A stretch of DNA of 63,959 bases, counting the filler, from Octopus bimaculoides (taxonomy: Eukaryota): the NCBI RefSeq assembly GCF_001194135.2. It is 5 parts of 5 records of this genome, joined end to end, with 100 filler letters (N's around TTAATTAATTAA, not from the genome) between each part and the next. Parts side by side here need not be neighbours in the genome. Positions count along the whole stretch, not along the records: positions 26,179 to 57,004 come from NC_068982.1; 4 more parts are not named here. One strand, 5' to 3'. The notes below the pieces were generated by a model. That model was not told the DNA's origin. It saw only the letters and a list, made by a program, of their open reading frames with translations, and ran no database searches. Below, piece by piece: positions 38,230 through 49,131 of the stretch (position 1 is the first letter of the stretch; each line of letters opens with the position of its first letter). A program made the translations under genes and the position numbers.

Positions 38230-38500
38230 CATACATGTATAAATTAGGAGGATTTAATAACAATCTAGGCACATCAACACGTAGGACGCCAGAAATGGCT
38301 AGGTACAGTAACATAGAGTTCATATTGAGGTAAATAACAATGAACATATCAAGTGTTGGCAGGATACTGCAGATATATGAGAACCAAATCCAATTTGAAC
38401 CGAAGATCCGACTCTGGGATTGGTTGCAGGTGTGGCGTAGCTATGAAAGGAAGACACAAATATGCCAGCTGTGTACCCTCTAGGTACACCACACACACGC
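38230..38500 (+). mobile_element. Highly decayed R4/Dong-like fragment
   Basis: NLNRRSDSG / LQVWRSYER across a frameshift resembles LYL-RK-GGRGLLQ-E-SY. Confidence 0.35.
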
Positions 38501-38520
38501 ACACATCCGTCCCCACAAAG

Positions 38521-38570
<50 letters not shown>

Positions 38571-38998
38571 TAATATATGTCTACTTGCACACGTTGGACA
38601 ATTGCACATGCATCTAGATAAATTGAAATTGATACGTACATACAAATATATGTACGTCTATGCATACATTCATACATGCACACACACATACATACATCAG
38701 TCCGTCCATCCATCCAGGTACTCATGCATACATACATACATACATACATACATACATACTTACATACATACTTACATACATACATACGTACATATACCGA
38801 TGTGAATAACATATATTCATATGGAAGCAATCAATCAATCATACAGCTGTCTTCGATAAGACATTGAACAATACTAAACACTATTTTGCTCTCCGTTCTT
38901 TTCACGTGACCCTTTTTTACTTTTTTAACAAAACCCGTGATAATGTTGATATTGCTTGTAGCTGTTGTTGTCACTGCGTAGGTTTCATTTTCGATTAG

Positions 38999-39153
38999 GT
39001 GAACGTCCGTTCGTCTGTTGTGGAAAAGGTTGTGAGAAGACATTTGCCAGGAACGAAGAACTGACACGACATCTTCGCATTCATACAGGTTACCGTCCCT
39101 ATATCTGCCGTGTGTGTCAACGTCGATTCGGAAGGAAGGATCATTTACGCAAG
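38999..39153 (+). CDS. hkb: Internal coding exon of a huckebein-like C2H2 zinc-finger transcription factor (one full finger plus most of the next)
   Basis: Acceptor tttcattttcgattAG|GT (phase 1, inside the Gly of the TGERP linker) and donor AAG|GTAATA (phase 0). Encodes (G)[51 protein letters not shown]. The RNEELTRH and GRKDHLRKH helices match what I recall of Drosophila Huckebein fingers 2-3 (RNEELTRH / GRRDHLKKH); the symbol is from memory, not a search. Confidence 0.88.
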
Positions 39154-39380
39154 GTAATAAAATCGTGCTTACACACGCACACACGCACACACATGGACGC
39201 TCAAAGACACACCCACACACGCTGAAGCTCTTACACGCGAACACACTCGCTCAAACACACACATATATCAACAAAAATAATACATAATTATATATGTATG
39301 CATACGCATCCGCACACGCGCATATATATATATATGTGTGTATGTGTGTATGCGTATGCTCATATACACACACACACACG

Positions 39381-39424
<44 letters not shown>

Positions 39425-39679
39425 TACACATATATATACTTGAAAATTACAGAAAAACAAAAGACGAAGACAGGTGTATAAACAACAAGCAGGTGAATTA
39501 GTTCGACGCACGGGCGAGTGAGAAAGTCCTTCGAGCCTACGCCAGTGGGGTTCTTTAGCTACCCCAGATTTACGTCCATACGTCCCGATAATTACTTTAA
39601 GGTCACTGAATTACGTTATAGAAACAGCAAGCGCAATGCGGTGCTTGAAAAGTGTAGTATCCTAAATCATTGATAATCT

Positions 39680-39892
39680 TTTCTCCTCTAGGCACAAGGC
39701 CTAAACATTTTGGAGGAGGGTGGTCAAACGATTAGATCGACCCAGTACGCAACTGGTATTTAATTTATCGACCCCGAAAGGAAAAAAGGCAAATTCGACC
39801 ACGGCGGAATTTGAACTCAGAACGTAAACACAGACGAAATACCATAAAGCGTTTCGCCCGGCGTGCTCCCGATTCTGCCAGCTCGCCGCCTC
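39680..39892 (-). mobile_element. SINE family B (hkb intron)
   Basis: ctaggcacaaggcctaaacattttggagga...cgaccccgaaagg...aatttgaactcagaacgtaa...ccgattctgccagctcgcc. Confidence 0.9.
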
Positions 39893-40444
39893 GTTAATCA
39901 GTGGTAATGAAAAACGCAAAAACTGTTTTAATTCGTCAGCCGAATCAATCCATTTTAGAAGTTTTATCTTTAATGACGATTTAGAAGTTTTATCTTTTAT
40001 GAAGATTTATTTATTAAAGAAGTTATGCAATTAAAAAGAAATAAAATCTGAACTTTAATCATCTTTTAATCAATTTAAAATGTATGAATCTCACTTGTAT
40101 GTATTTGAGACTTTTAACAAAGGTTGTTTATAAATAAGAAGTACATACATTCATTTTAAATCGTTATCAAAGCGAAAACTTTTAGAATCTTCTACATATG
40201 TTACGATATAAATGTTCAATTTAATGTTGCACTTCACCAAATATTTATCTTAGAATCTGAGACAAAAAAAATGATCGTTTGCATTTAACCGAAACTGGCA
40301 TTCTTTGAACTAGCAATTAACCTATCAATTTTAAATGTACCTTACATATATTTTGAAAAGTTATGTAAATAATTGAATTATGAAGTAATAGGAATATGTA
40401 ATTAAGCAGAATTAAATGTAATTAAAATGTAGAGGCTACAGTTC

Positions 40445-40477
<33 letters not shown>

Positions 40478-40669
40478 GCACACACACACGCAGAGGCATG
40501 GAGGTGCCTATGTGTGTATATATATACGTATATAATGTATACACGCAAACACATACACACGCACATGTTTGCGCGTGTGTATACATACATAATATACACA
40601 TATAGACATACATAATATACACATATAGATATACATGCACAGACAAATATACGTATATACACATATAGG

Positions 40670-40990
40670 AGCAAACTGTCGGTTACGACGACGAGGGTCA
40701 CAACTAATCCGATCAACGGAACAGCTCCCTCGTAAAACTAGCGTACAAGTGGCTGAGCACTCCACAGACACGTGTACCCCTTAACGTAGTTCTCGGCGAC
40801 ATTCAGCATGACACAGAGTGGGACAAGGATGGCCCTTTAAAATACAGGTACTACTCACTTTTACCAGCTGAGTGGACTGGAGCAACGTGAAATAAAGTGT
40901 CTTGCTCACGGACACAACGTGTCGCCGGGAATTGAACTCACGACCTTACGACCGTGAGTCGAATGCCCCTAACCACTAAGCCACGCGCCT
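40670..40990 (-). mobile_element. SINE family D, full length (hkb intron)
   Basis: Head (rc) gaaggcgcgtggcttagtggttag...gagttcaattccc, CORE-like gtgtccgtgagcaagacactttatttcacgttgctccagtccactcagctgg, then the 3' module of family C. Confidence 0.88.
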
Positions 40991-41173
40991 TCACTATACA
41001 CAGATATATGTTTGCGTTCATATGTATATACATATCCATACACACATTCCCATACATTGACCCTACTACTCAACTGGTATTTATCTTATCCAATCGGAAC
41101 GGGTGAAAGGCAAAATCAATTTTAGTGGAATTTGAACTTATTTATTTATAAAATATAATAAATATTATTATTG

Positions 41174-41566
41174 TAGGCGTAGGTATGGCTGTGTGGAAAG
41201 AAGTGTGCTTCCCAACCACATGGTTCCAGTTTCACTCCCACTGTGTGGCACCTAGGACGAGTTGTTTTCTACTATAGCCTCGCGGTGATCAAACCGTTGT
41301 GAATGGATCTGGTAGATGGAAACTTAAAGAAGCCCGTCGCATAAATATATATATGCATCAGAATGTGTCTTTGTCTCTCTGACTATCCACCACAAATTAG
41401 CGGTTCGGCAAAGGCCAGGACTTAAACGAACAAATAAGTCATTCGACTAAAATCCTTCAACGCGGTGTTCCAACATGACAACAGTATAATGACTGCGGTG
41501 CCCCAGCATGACCACAGTGAAATTACTGCAGCACTCCAGCATGGCCACAGTGAAATGACTGCGGAA
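41174..41566 (+). mobile_element. SINE family A with triplicated 33-bp tail unit (hkb intron)
   Basis: gtaggcgtaggtatggctgtgtgg...aagcccgtcg; tail gcggtg..ccagcatg.ccacagt.aaatgact repeated three times at 41462-41564. Confidence 0.8.
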
Positions 41567-41867
41567 AAATCAATTTTATGATAATGTTCCTGCATTTATT
41601 CTTTTTTTGAAATTTCTCTTCCATGTTTCACGCATTCTTATAATTACTATAAACAGGTTATTAGAAATATAGAGTGTCCACAAGGTACATGGAGTAAATA
41701 AAATCATAACATAAACAATTAAATATAAGAAATAATAATTTCTTAAAGTATGTGTTAATCCCAATGTACCCAGACTTTGTGGACACCCTGTATGTAAATA
41801 AGGAAGTATAAGGAGCTTTTACGAAAATTTCTACAACAGAGGAGTTTTAATGAAAGTAAATGAACAG

Positions 41868-42028
41868 GCGTAAGCGTGGCTATGTGGTAAAATGTTTGCT
41901 TACCAGCCACGTGATTCTGGGTTCAGTCCCATTGCATGGCACATCGGGCAAGTGTCATCTACAAAAGAGACGGATTGATCAAAGCCTGTGTGTGGATTTC
42001 GTAGACGGAAATTAAAGGAAGCCCCTCA
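41868..42028 (+). mobile_element. SINE family A, 5' half
   Basis: ggcgtaagcgtggctatgtggtaa...gggttcagtcccattgcatggcacatcgggcaagtgtc...ggaaattaaaggaagccc. Confidence 0.82.
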
Positions 42029-42369
42029 TATATATATATATATANNNNNNNNNNNNNNNNNNNNNNNNNNNNNNNNNNNNNNNNNNNNNNNNNNNNNNNN
42101 NNNNNNNNNNNNNNNNNNNNNNNNNNNNNNNNNNNNNNNNNNNNNNNNNNNNNNNNNNNNNNNNNNNNNNNNNNNNNNNNNNNNNNNNNNNNNNNNNNNN
42201 NNNNNNNNNNNNNNNNNNNNNNNNNNNNNNNNNNNATATATATAATACAGAATGGGACAAGAACGCAAAACATGCAGATAGTTAGATGATAAAAAAAAGG
42301 CCACAAAACATACAGATAGACGATACAAAGAAAACACGGACAGGTGCTTCCGAATTTTCTCTCTTCAGC

Positions 42370-43075
42370 CGAGTATATATATATTTATATGATAAATTGT
42401 AAGTTCGTGTGTTTGAGAATTTGTTACTTTAACTCCTCCGAGACTATCCAACAGACCTTGATGAAACTTGACACGTGTGGCGGGGTTATACCCTTGCGGT
42501 CACTAACTCACTTGGAAGTTTTTAAAAATCGAGTTTTAATCAGCATCGATTTTCAAAAATCGTAGAATTTCGGCATTTTTCTCACTAGCCATCGTGACTT
42601 CAATTTGACGAAAAATGCCGAAATTTGACGAAAAATGTTTCATGGGTATAAGCAGACAGCTTATTAACGGTAATCTATTCAGTATTTGCTAATTTTTCAT
42701 TTCAATGCGAATTGTTTTGATTTGCTAAAACTTATTATTTCAATTCGTTGTCTTAATTCCCCAGCGTTTCAGGTTTTGATTAGGTAAGAGCATTTTATTC
42801 CTCAAGCAAAATTTAGCCATTTTGCGCACTAGCCATACTGACCATCAATTTGAGGAAATCTGCCACAAAGCGTAAAATTTCGCCATTTTCCGCACATGCA
42901 CAAAAATGACGACACTGGTTCACTACCAGACTCTGCTCATTTTTTCGTCAAGTTGGTCCTACCCATATATATAGATTTTCAAATGTTGGGAAAATGTCGA
43001 AATTTCACGAAAAATGTTTCATGGCCATAAACAGACATCTTATTAACGGCAATTTATAACCGGATACCTCAGCTA
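42370..43075 (+). mobile_element. Non-autonomous DINE-1/Helitron-like element with an internal direct repeat of about 70 bp
   Basis: Start atatttatatgataaattg..gtgtgtttg...aactcctccgagactatccaacagaccttgatgaaacttgacacgtg resembles DINE-1/HINE cores; repeat aaaatg.cgaaattt.acgaaaaatgtttcatgg..ataa.cagaca.cttattaacgg at about 42612 and 42991. Confidence 0.5.
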
Positions 43076-43104
43076 GTATATAGATACATACATACGCACA
43101 CACA

Positions 43105-43310
43105 CGTGTGTGTCTGTATTTGTTCACCACCGCATGACAACCGGTGTTGGTGTGTTTACGTCCCAGTAACTTAGCTGTTCGTCATAAGACAGCGATAGAA
43201 TAAGTAGCAGGCTTTAAAATATAGAAGTACTGGAGTTGGTTCATTCAGCTAGAAATTTTTCATGTCGGTGCCCCAGCATGGACACAATCTAATGACTGAA
43301 AAAGATAAGA
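43105..43310 (+). mobile_element. SINE family A, 3' half
   Basis: tgacaaccggtgttggtgtgtttacgtcccagtaacttagc...ggtgccccagcatgg...aatgactgaaa. Confidence 0.82.
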
Positions 43311-44050
43311 ATATTGCTGTGTAATGACTCTGTTCCAAGCACCGTATATTTTTAAAGAAAAATCCTTTTTTAGGGAAATATACTGGCTCCCTACCTCCGT
43401 ATACGACCACCCATGTTGTTATATCCCTCTCAACCCATGTGCTGTCGGCTTTGAAATGGATTAGAAATATTGGACCCTACTATGAAAAATCGTTTGAAAG
43501 GATGAAATGCCTTTGATTAGAGGTTTTACCTTTACTAACAAGTATTGAACTTGACCAATTGCAACAACAGCAACAACCACGGCTGAGGTTACTTTTTATT
43601 CTCAGCACAATATTCATGTTGTCTCGCCTCTTTTATTTATTTATTATTTTTTTTGGATATATGGCTGTTAGATGAGTCAGTTGTCTAAAAGTTTGCATAC
43701 ATTTAGTATATATTTCCTTTACAGAAATGCTTTTTTGTGCGTATTTTTATGCTTAGTTATACGTACAGACGTGCGTAGAATTACGTATTGCAATGTAAAA
43801 TAATTAAGTACGTAAGTAAAGTAGACTAACTGAAACTTCATGTTATCAAATGTCTGCTACCTCATTAACACAGCTAAAGAACAATAAAAACACACTTGTT
43901 CGTTAATTAGATTTCGTTTTGCATAAACAATTCGATCTTTTTGAAAGTTGGAAAAAAATTAAAGGAATATAACAATATGAAAAAAAATATATGCATTTAC
44001 AGTTCTTGATGAGCATAATCTACTGGGTTTTTTTTCTCTTCTCGTTGCAG

Positions 44051-44233
44051 CACGAAATAACTCACCAGAGCATAAGAGATAAGAAGGTTTATGTCTGTCT
44101 TGTAGACGGCTGCACACAAAGTTACACTCGATCAGATGCATTGGCAAGGCATCGTTGGAATGTTCACTTAATTAGTCCACAGATAAATAACGTTCGAGTA
44201 AGAACCATTAATACACGTGGTCAGATAAAATAA
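44051..44233 (+). CDS. hkb: Terminal coding exon of the same zinc-finger gene (end of finger plus one additional C-X4-C finger)
   Basis: Strong acceptor tttttttctcttctcgttgCAG|CAC. The phase 0 join completes HLRK|HEITH, then QSIRDKKVYVCLVDGCTQSYTRSDALARHRWNVHLISPQINNVRVRTINTRGQIK; stop TAA at 44231-44233. Confidence 0.88.
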   Translation, partial: HEITHQSIRDKKVYVCLVDGCTQSYTRSDALARHRWNVHLISPQINNVRVRTINTRGQIK

Positions 44234-44265
44234 ATAAGAACTATATTTTTGTTGAAATTCTCTCG

Positions 44266-44367
44266 AATAAAGAACTTAATATGAAAGATTTGTTTCAAGC
44301 GAATCTCTATTTTTGGTTTCCAGACTTTTACACTGAAGCTGTAGTAGAGACAAACTGATTGAATAAA
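44266..44367 (+). promoter_or_regulatory. Candidate polyadenylation signals of the zinc-finger gene
   Basis: AATAAA at 44266-44271 and 44362-44367 downstream of the stop. The hexamer is common in AT-rich DNA. Confidence 0.3.
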
Positions 44368-44699
44368 TGCAGTGAAACTACCATAGACAGTAACAATAAC
44401 AGAGTTCAATTACAATGCATTGTTAATTTATATGTTCATTAAGCTTAATTATGTTATAAATTCGTTATTTGTTATAAGAACACAAAGCATTTAAGGTCGC
44501 TTGTATGCAGTTTGATTTCCAATCTTGTGCTATACGTCTGAGAGAAACTACGTTTAAAAATATATATTATGCAAATACGTTTTAGGGAAAATAATTTCCT
44601 TTTTTAAACATGCGTAAAAATTGAAATAGAATGAGAGGTTAGTGTTAGGGAAAGGACGCAAGCGACTGATACTAAAAAAAAGATGTGCCCTTATCGTTC

Positions 44700-44900
44700 T
44701 TTTCTACTCTAAGCACAAGGCCCGAAATTTTTGGAGGAGGGAGCCAGTCGATTAGATCGACCCCAGTACGCAACTGGTACTTAATTTATCGACCCTGAAA
44801 GGATGAAAGGAGAAGTCGACTTCGGTGAAGTTTGAACTCAGAGCGTGGCGAAATACCGCTAAGAATTTCGTCAAGCGCACTAATGACTTTGCCAGCTCGA
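44700..44900 (-). mobile_element. SINE family B
   Basis: ttctactctaagcacaaggcccgaaatttttggaggagg...cgaccctgaaaggatgaaagg...gccagctcg. Confidence 0.88.
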
Positions 44901-45504
44901 AACCTTGCGCTCTTATCATTCTGACAGATTATGTTTCAGCTAAAACATATAATCGTAAAAAAAAAAATGTATGGGAAACAAACTGTTTCATTGTACTCTA
45001 CTGCGATAGGCTTATTTAACCTAAATCACCATTGTTGCTTTCTTAAGTCTTTCTTTTACTTTTAGTCTCAAAAGACGGAGAGTCCATGANNNNNNNNNNN
45101 NNNNNNNNNNNNNNNNNNNNNNNNNNNNNNNNNNNNNNNNNNNNNNNNNNNNNNNNNNNNNNNNNNNNNNNNNNNNNNNNNNNNNNNNNNNNNNNNNNNN
45201 NNNNNNNNNNNNNNNNNNNNNNNNNNNNNNNNNNNNNNNNNNNNNNNNNNNNNNNNNNNNNNNNNNNNNNNNNNNNNNNNNNNNNNNNNNNNNNNNNNNN
45301 NNNNNNNNNNNNNNNNNNNNNNNNNNNNNNNNNNNNNNNNNNNNNNNNNNNNNNNNNNNNNNNNNNNNNNNNNNNNNNNNNNNNNNNNNNNNNNNNNNNN
45401 NNNNNNNNNNNNNNNNNNNNNNNNNNNNNNNNNNNNNNNNNNNNNNNNNNNNNNNNNNNNNNNNNNNNNNNNNNNNNNNNACACACACACACACAAATAT
45501 ATAT

Positions 45505-45630
45505 GACGGGCTTCTTTCAGTTTTGGTCCACCAAATCCACTCACAAAGCTTTGACTGGCCCAAGCCTATAGTATGAAATCCTTGTCCAAGGTGTCACACA
45601 GCCACACAGAGGAACTGAACCGGGAACCAT
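45505..45630 (-). mobile_element. SINE family A, 5' half
   Basis: gacgggcttctttcagtttt...ccaaatccactcacaaagctttg...gaactgaaccgggaaccat. Confidence 0.78.
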
Positions 45631-45631
45631 C

Positions 45632-45893
45632 CCTTTGTCTGTCCTTGTTTGTCACCTCTATGTTTAGCTCCTTGTGGGCAATAAAGAAATAAGAAACGTT
45701 AGCACGCCGGGCGAAATACTAAGCAGTATTTCGTCTGCCGTTACGTTCTGAGTTCAAATTCCGCTGAGGTCGACTTTGCCTTTCATTCTTTCGGGGTCGA
45801 TGAATTAAGTACTAGTTGCGTACTGGGGTAGATCTGATCCACTGCCCTCCCTCCTCCCCACAAATTTCAGGCCTCTGTGCCTAGAGTAGAAAA
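45632..45893 (+). mobile_element. SINE family B unit preceded by the tail of a previous unit
   Basis: ccctttgtctgtccttgtttgtc...gggcaataaagaaataagaaacgttagcacgccgggcg...gtgcctagagtagaaa. Confidence 0.88.
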
Positions 45894-46014
45894 TAATATT
45901 TACTCAAGTTATCATGCAACAAAGCTGCAGCTAAATTGATGAGAAGCAGAATACAAGTGGAATGTGGGTGTCAAGTTTATTTTCGCTTAGTTAATGCGGA
46001 TGCGCCAAAATAGT

Positions 46015-46445
46015 CTTTTCTACCTTAGGCACGAGGATCGAAATTTTTGGTGGAGGAGAGGAACAGTCGATTAAATCGACGCCAGTACGCAACTGGCATC
46101 GACTTAATCTATCGACCCCCAAAAGGCTAAGTCGACCTCAGCGGAATTTGAACTCAGAACGTAAGGACACACGCAATACCGCTGAGCATTTCGTCTGGCA
46201 TACTAACGTTTCTTATTTCTTTATTGCCCACAAGGGACTAAAGATAGAGGGGTAAAGCAAGGAGAGACAAAGGGATTAAGTCGATTACATCGACCTCAGT
46301 GCGTAACTGGTACTTAATTTATCGACCCCAAAAGGATGAAAAGCAAAGTCAACCTCGGTGGAGTTTGATCTCAGAACGTAAAGACAGACGAAATACCACT
46401 GAGCATTTCGCCCAGCGTGCTAGCGTTTCTGCTAGCTTACCGCCC
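46015..46445 (-). mobile_element. SINE family B head-to-tail dimer
   Basis: Two consecutive minus-strand units joined at aaagaaataagaaacgttag; the second lacks the ggcgagctggcaga head. Confidence 0.85.
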
Positions 46446-47394
46446 TCATTGTGTGTGTGTCCTTGCAAATTCCTATAATCCAGTGGAATAAAATTTTGAG
46501 TAAAAGGTCAATAAAAAGTCAAGTTCTTAATCCTCGGCACGAAACGAGAAAAAGTTGAAGAAAATACTGTCGATTAGCGCGTCACTATTTAGTTTATCTT
46601 TTCAGTAAGGACGAAAGAGGGTGGGGGGTCGTCCTTAATAGTATTTGAGTTCAAGATATGAAGAGATGTAAGAAGATACACTTAGGCATTTAATGCGTGG
46701 TGCTACCTTTTCTGCGACTGATAAACCTATTGAAGTGTATGTTCTCGTATATTAGTAAGAAAGTGCATTGCTTACGGAGGAGTTTAATGGTACACCATGA
46801 AAAATGCAACAACTAAATGATAGCCAACGAGGGAAACGGAAATTCCCAATTTCCAGATGTTGGTTATTTCTCTCTCTGTATTGATTTAGTTTATTGGATA
46901 GAAAAGAATTATTGAAATAGCTAACAGAGCTAAGATGAAAGGAAACGCAACACGGATCAATATAATATATTTAAACTCGTATAACACACACAGACACACA
47001 CACACACAAACTCGCATATACATTGGTATTAGTAATAAGTTATAGATTTAATATTATTTGTAAGAGAATATTGCAGAAAAAATATAGCATCTAAAACGAG
47101 GAAGCTTATTTGCGAGAAGGAAGTCAATGTTTCAAGGATTTAGCATTTATATTTGAAATATAAGTCTTCTTTGAGAGCAAAAAATAGTTGTGATAGTTTA
47201 GCTGTATATATATAAAACTCATTCCTATATTGTGGTTTCTGTTGCACGCCATGCATGTGTGTCTGTGTATCTGCATGTGTGTGCGCGTGCGCGTGTACGT
47301 GCGCAAGCGTGTGGGTCAACATATACCTTCAAGTATACATATATACACGCTCACAATTATTCATATATATATATATATATATATNNNNNNNNNN

Positions 47395-47435
<41 letters not shown>

Positions 47436-47464
47436 TTTGATAGTTTTCGGCCAATATTGGCCCA

Positions 47465-48450
47465 GGCCATGTCTAACTTAATAGCACCATCTGGCAAAGT
47501 CATTCAAATCAAGAATCGCATAGCATGGCCCACTCACTTAGAGAGTTACAGTTTACGGAGACATATCCGAGTGTAGGAGGTTTATCCGGAATTTCTTGAA
47601 ACAATATGTCCATAGGCTTCTTGAACTTTATGGGGTCCCTTTGCTTTAATGTGTTTTTGGTGTTTGTCAGTTTGTAGTAACTTTCCTGAGACACCAATGT
47701 TGGATAGTTTTTTTCAAGAGAACCTTATGATCAGCCTTGTCAAATGCCTTGCTAAAACCAAGGTGGATGACATTGGTGTTGGAGCCCTCTCCCAAAGCTC
47801 TCAAAATTTCATAAAAGTGATGTAGGAGCTGCGTTAAGCAGTTCCTTCCATTACGGAACCTATGTTGATTGGGGTCCAGAAGTTTGTTGCTTTCAAGAAA
47901 GTGTGTTACTCGTGATCTCACCACCCTCTCAAATACCTTAATGATATGAGAAGAGAGTGAGATTGGACGGTAGTTTACTACAAGGGAATTTTTTTCCTTT
48001 TTGAAAACTGGGACAACAGGTTGAGACAGAAAATTTTGAGGGACAGGGATAAAACGTTTTTAGCTAACATCCTGTGAGTAACTCTACAGATTAGCAAGAG
48101 AAGATACAAGTTGGTGTCGACACACCTTCAAGACTTAAGAAGGGTACCTATCAGGGCCTACTACTGAATTGTGTTTAATTTCGTTTATTGCCGCTAAGAC
48201 ATCAGTTATATCCGATATAGGGTGCTGGGGATACAGCCCAGATCAACCATATCAAGATTGCTGAAAACAAAGCAGTATCGTGTCTGTAGTATCTCACTCA
48301 TGGCTTTGGCTTTTTCTAGGAGAGTACCATTTTCTTCAGTTAGCGGGCCAACAATGGAGACAGTGACCTTCTGTTCTTTCGCAAAAGAAAACACTTTGAG
48401 GTTAAGTTTGATTTTCTTAATGGCCCATTTCTCCTCAGCTGTTCTTTAGT
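47465..48450 (-). mobile_element. CR1/L2 LINE ORF2 fragment (pre-RT linker and RT N-terminal domains)
   Basis: GPLTEENGTLLEKAKAMSEILQ; NYRPISLSSHIIKVFERVVRSR; LDPNQHRFRNGRNCLTQLLHH...LGFSKAFDK. Confidence 0.88.
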
Positions 48451-48626
48451 TATTGATGATGGTTTTCATGTATTGTTGGAGGTTATATATATATATTTAT
48501 TTCGAGCAGGGTGATAGCCGTCAAATATATGTATGGCTGTTGGCAATATTTTACTTTGTTAATTTTTTTGTTTGCTTTTTATATTTTTCTGATAATAGTT
48601 TTTCTATTTGTCCTCATCTTGTTTGT

Positions 48627-48704
<78 letters not shown>

Positions 48705-49019
48705 TGTGTGTGCGTATGTGTGAGGAAAAGAGCGAAGGGTGACTGTGCGCAGGATGGAAGATGGCTGCAGAGAGAGCCTTCTGCTGGAAATGGGATCAGG
48801 GAGAGGAGTTCAGCTGAAAGTCAGGCGGAAATGATGGGCAGTGATTTGGCCACCGTTGCTGACCCATCGACGGGAGAATGCTTACGGTTTAGAGTGGGGC
48901 CACCCGATGGTCATTGGGTACCGTCTGATGACATCGGCTCCTACTGACTAAATCACCATTCAGTTTGGTGTGTGGAAAAGAAGCACCAGGCAGAGAGAAA
49001 GGGAGGGGAAGTGAGAAAG

Positions 49020-49058
49020 CGAAAAAAAGAAAGGAAGAAGGAAAGAAAGAAAGAAGGA

Positions 49059-49130
<72 letters not shown>

Positions 49131-49131
49131 A
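49020..49131. repeat. (GAAA)n microsatellite
   Basis: Direct inspection. Confidence 0.95.
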
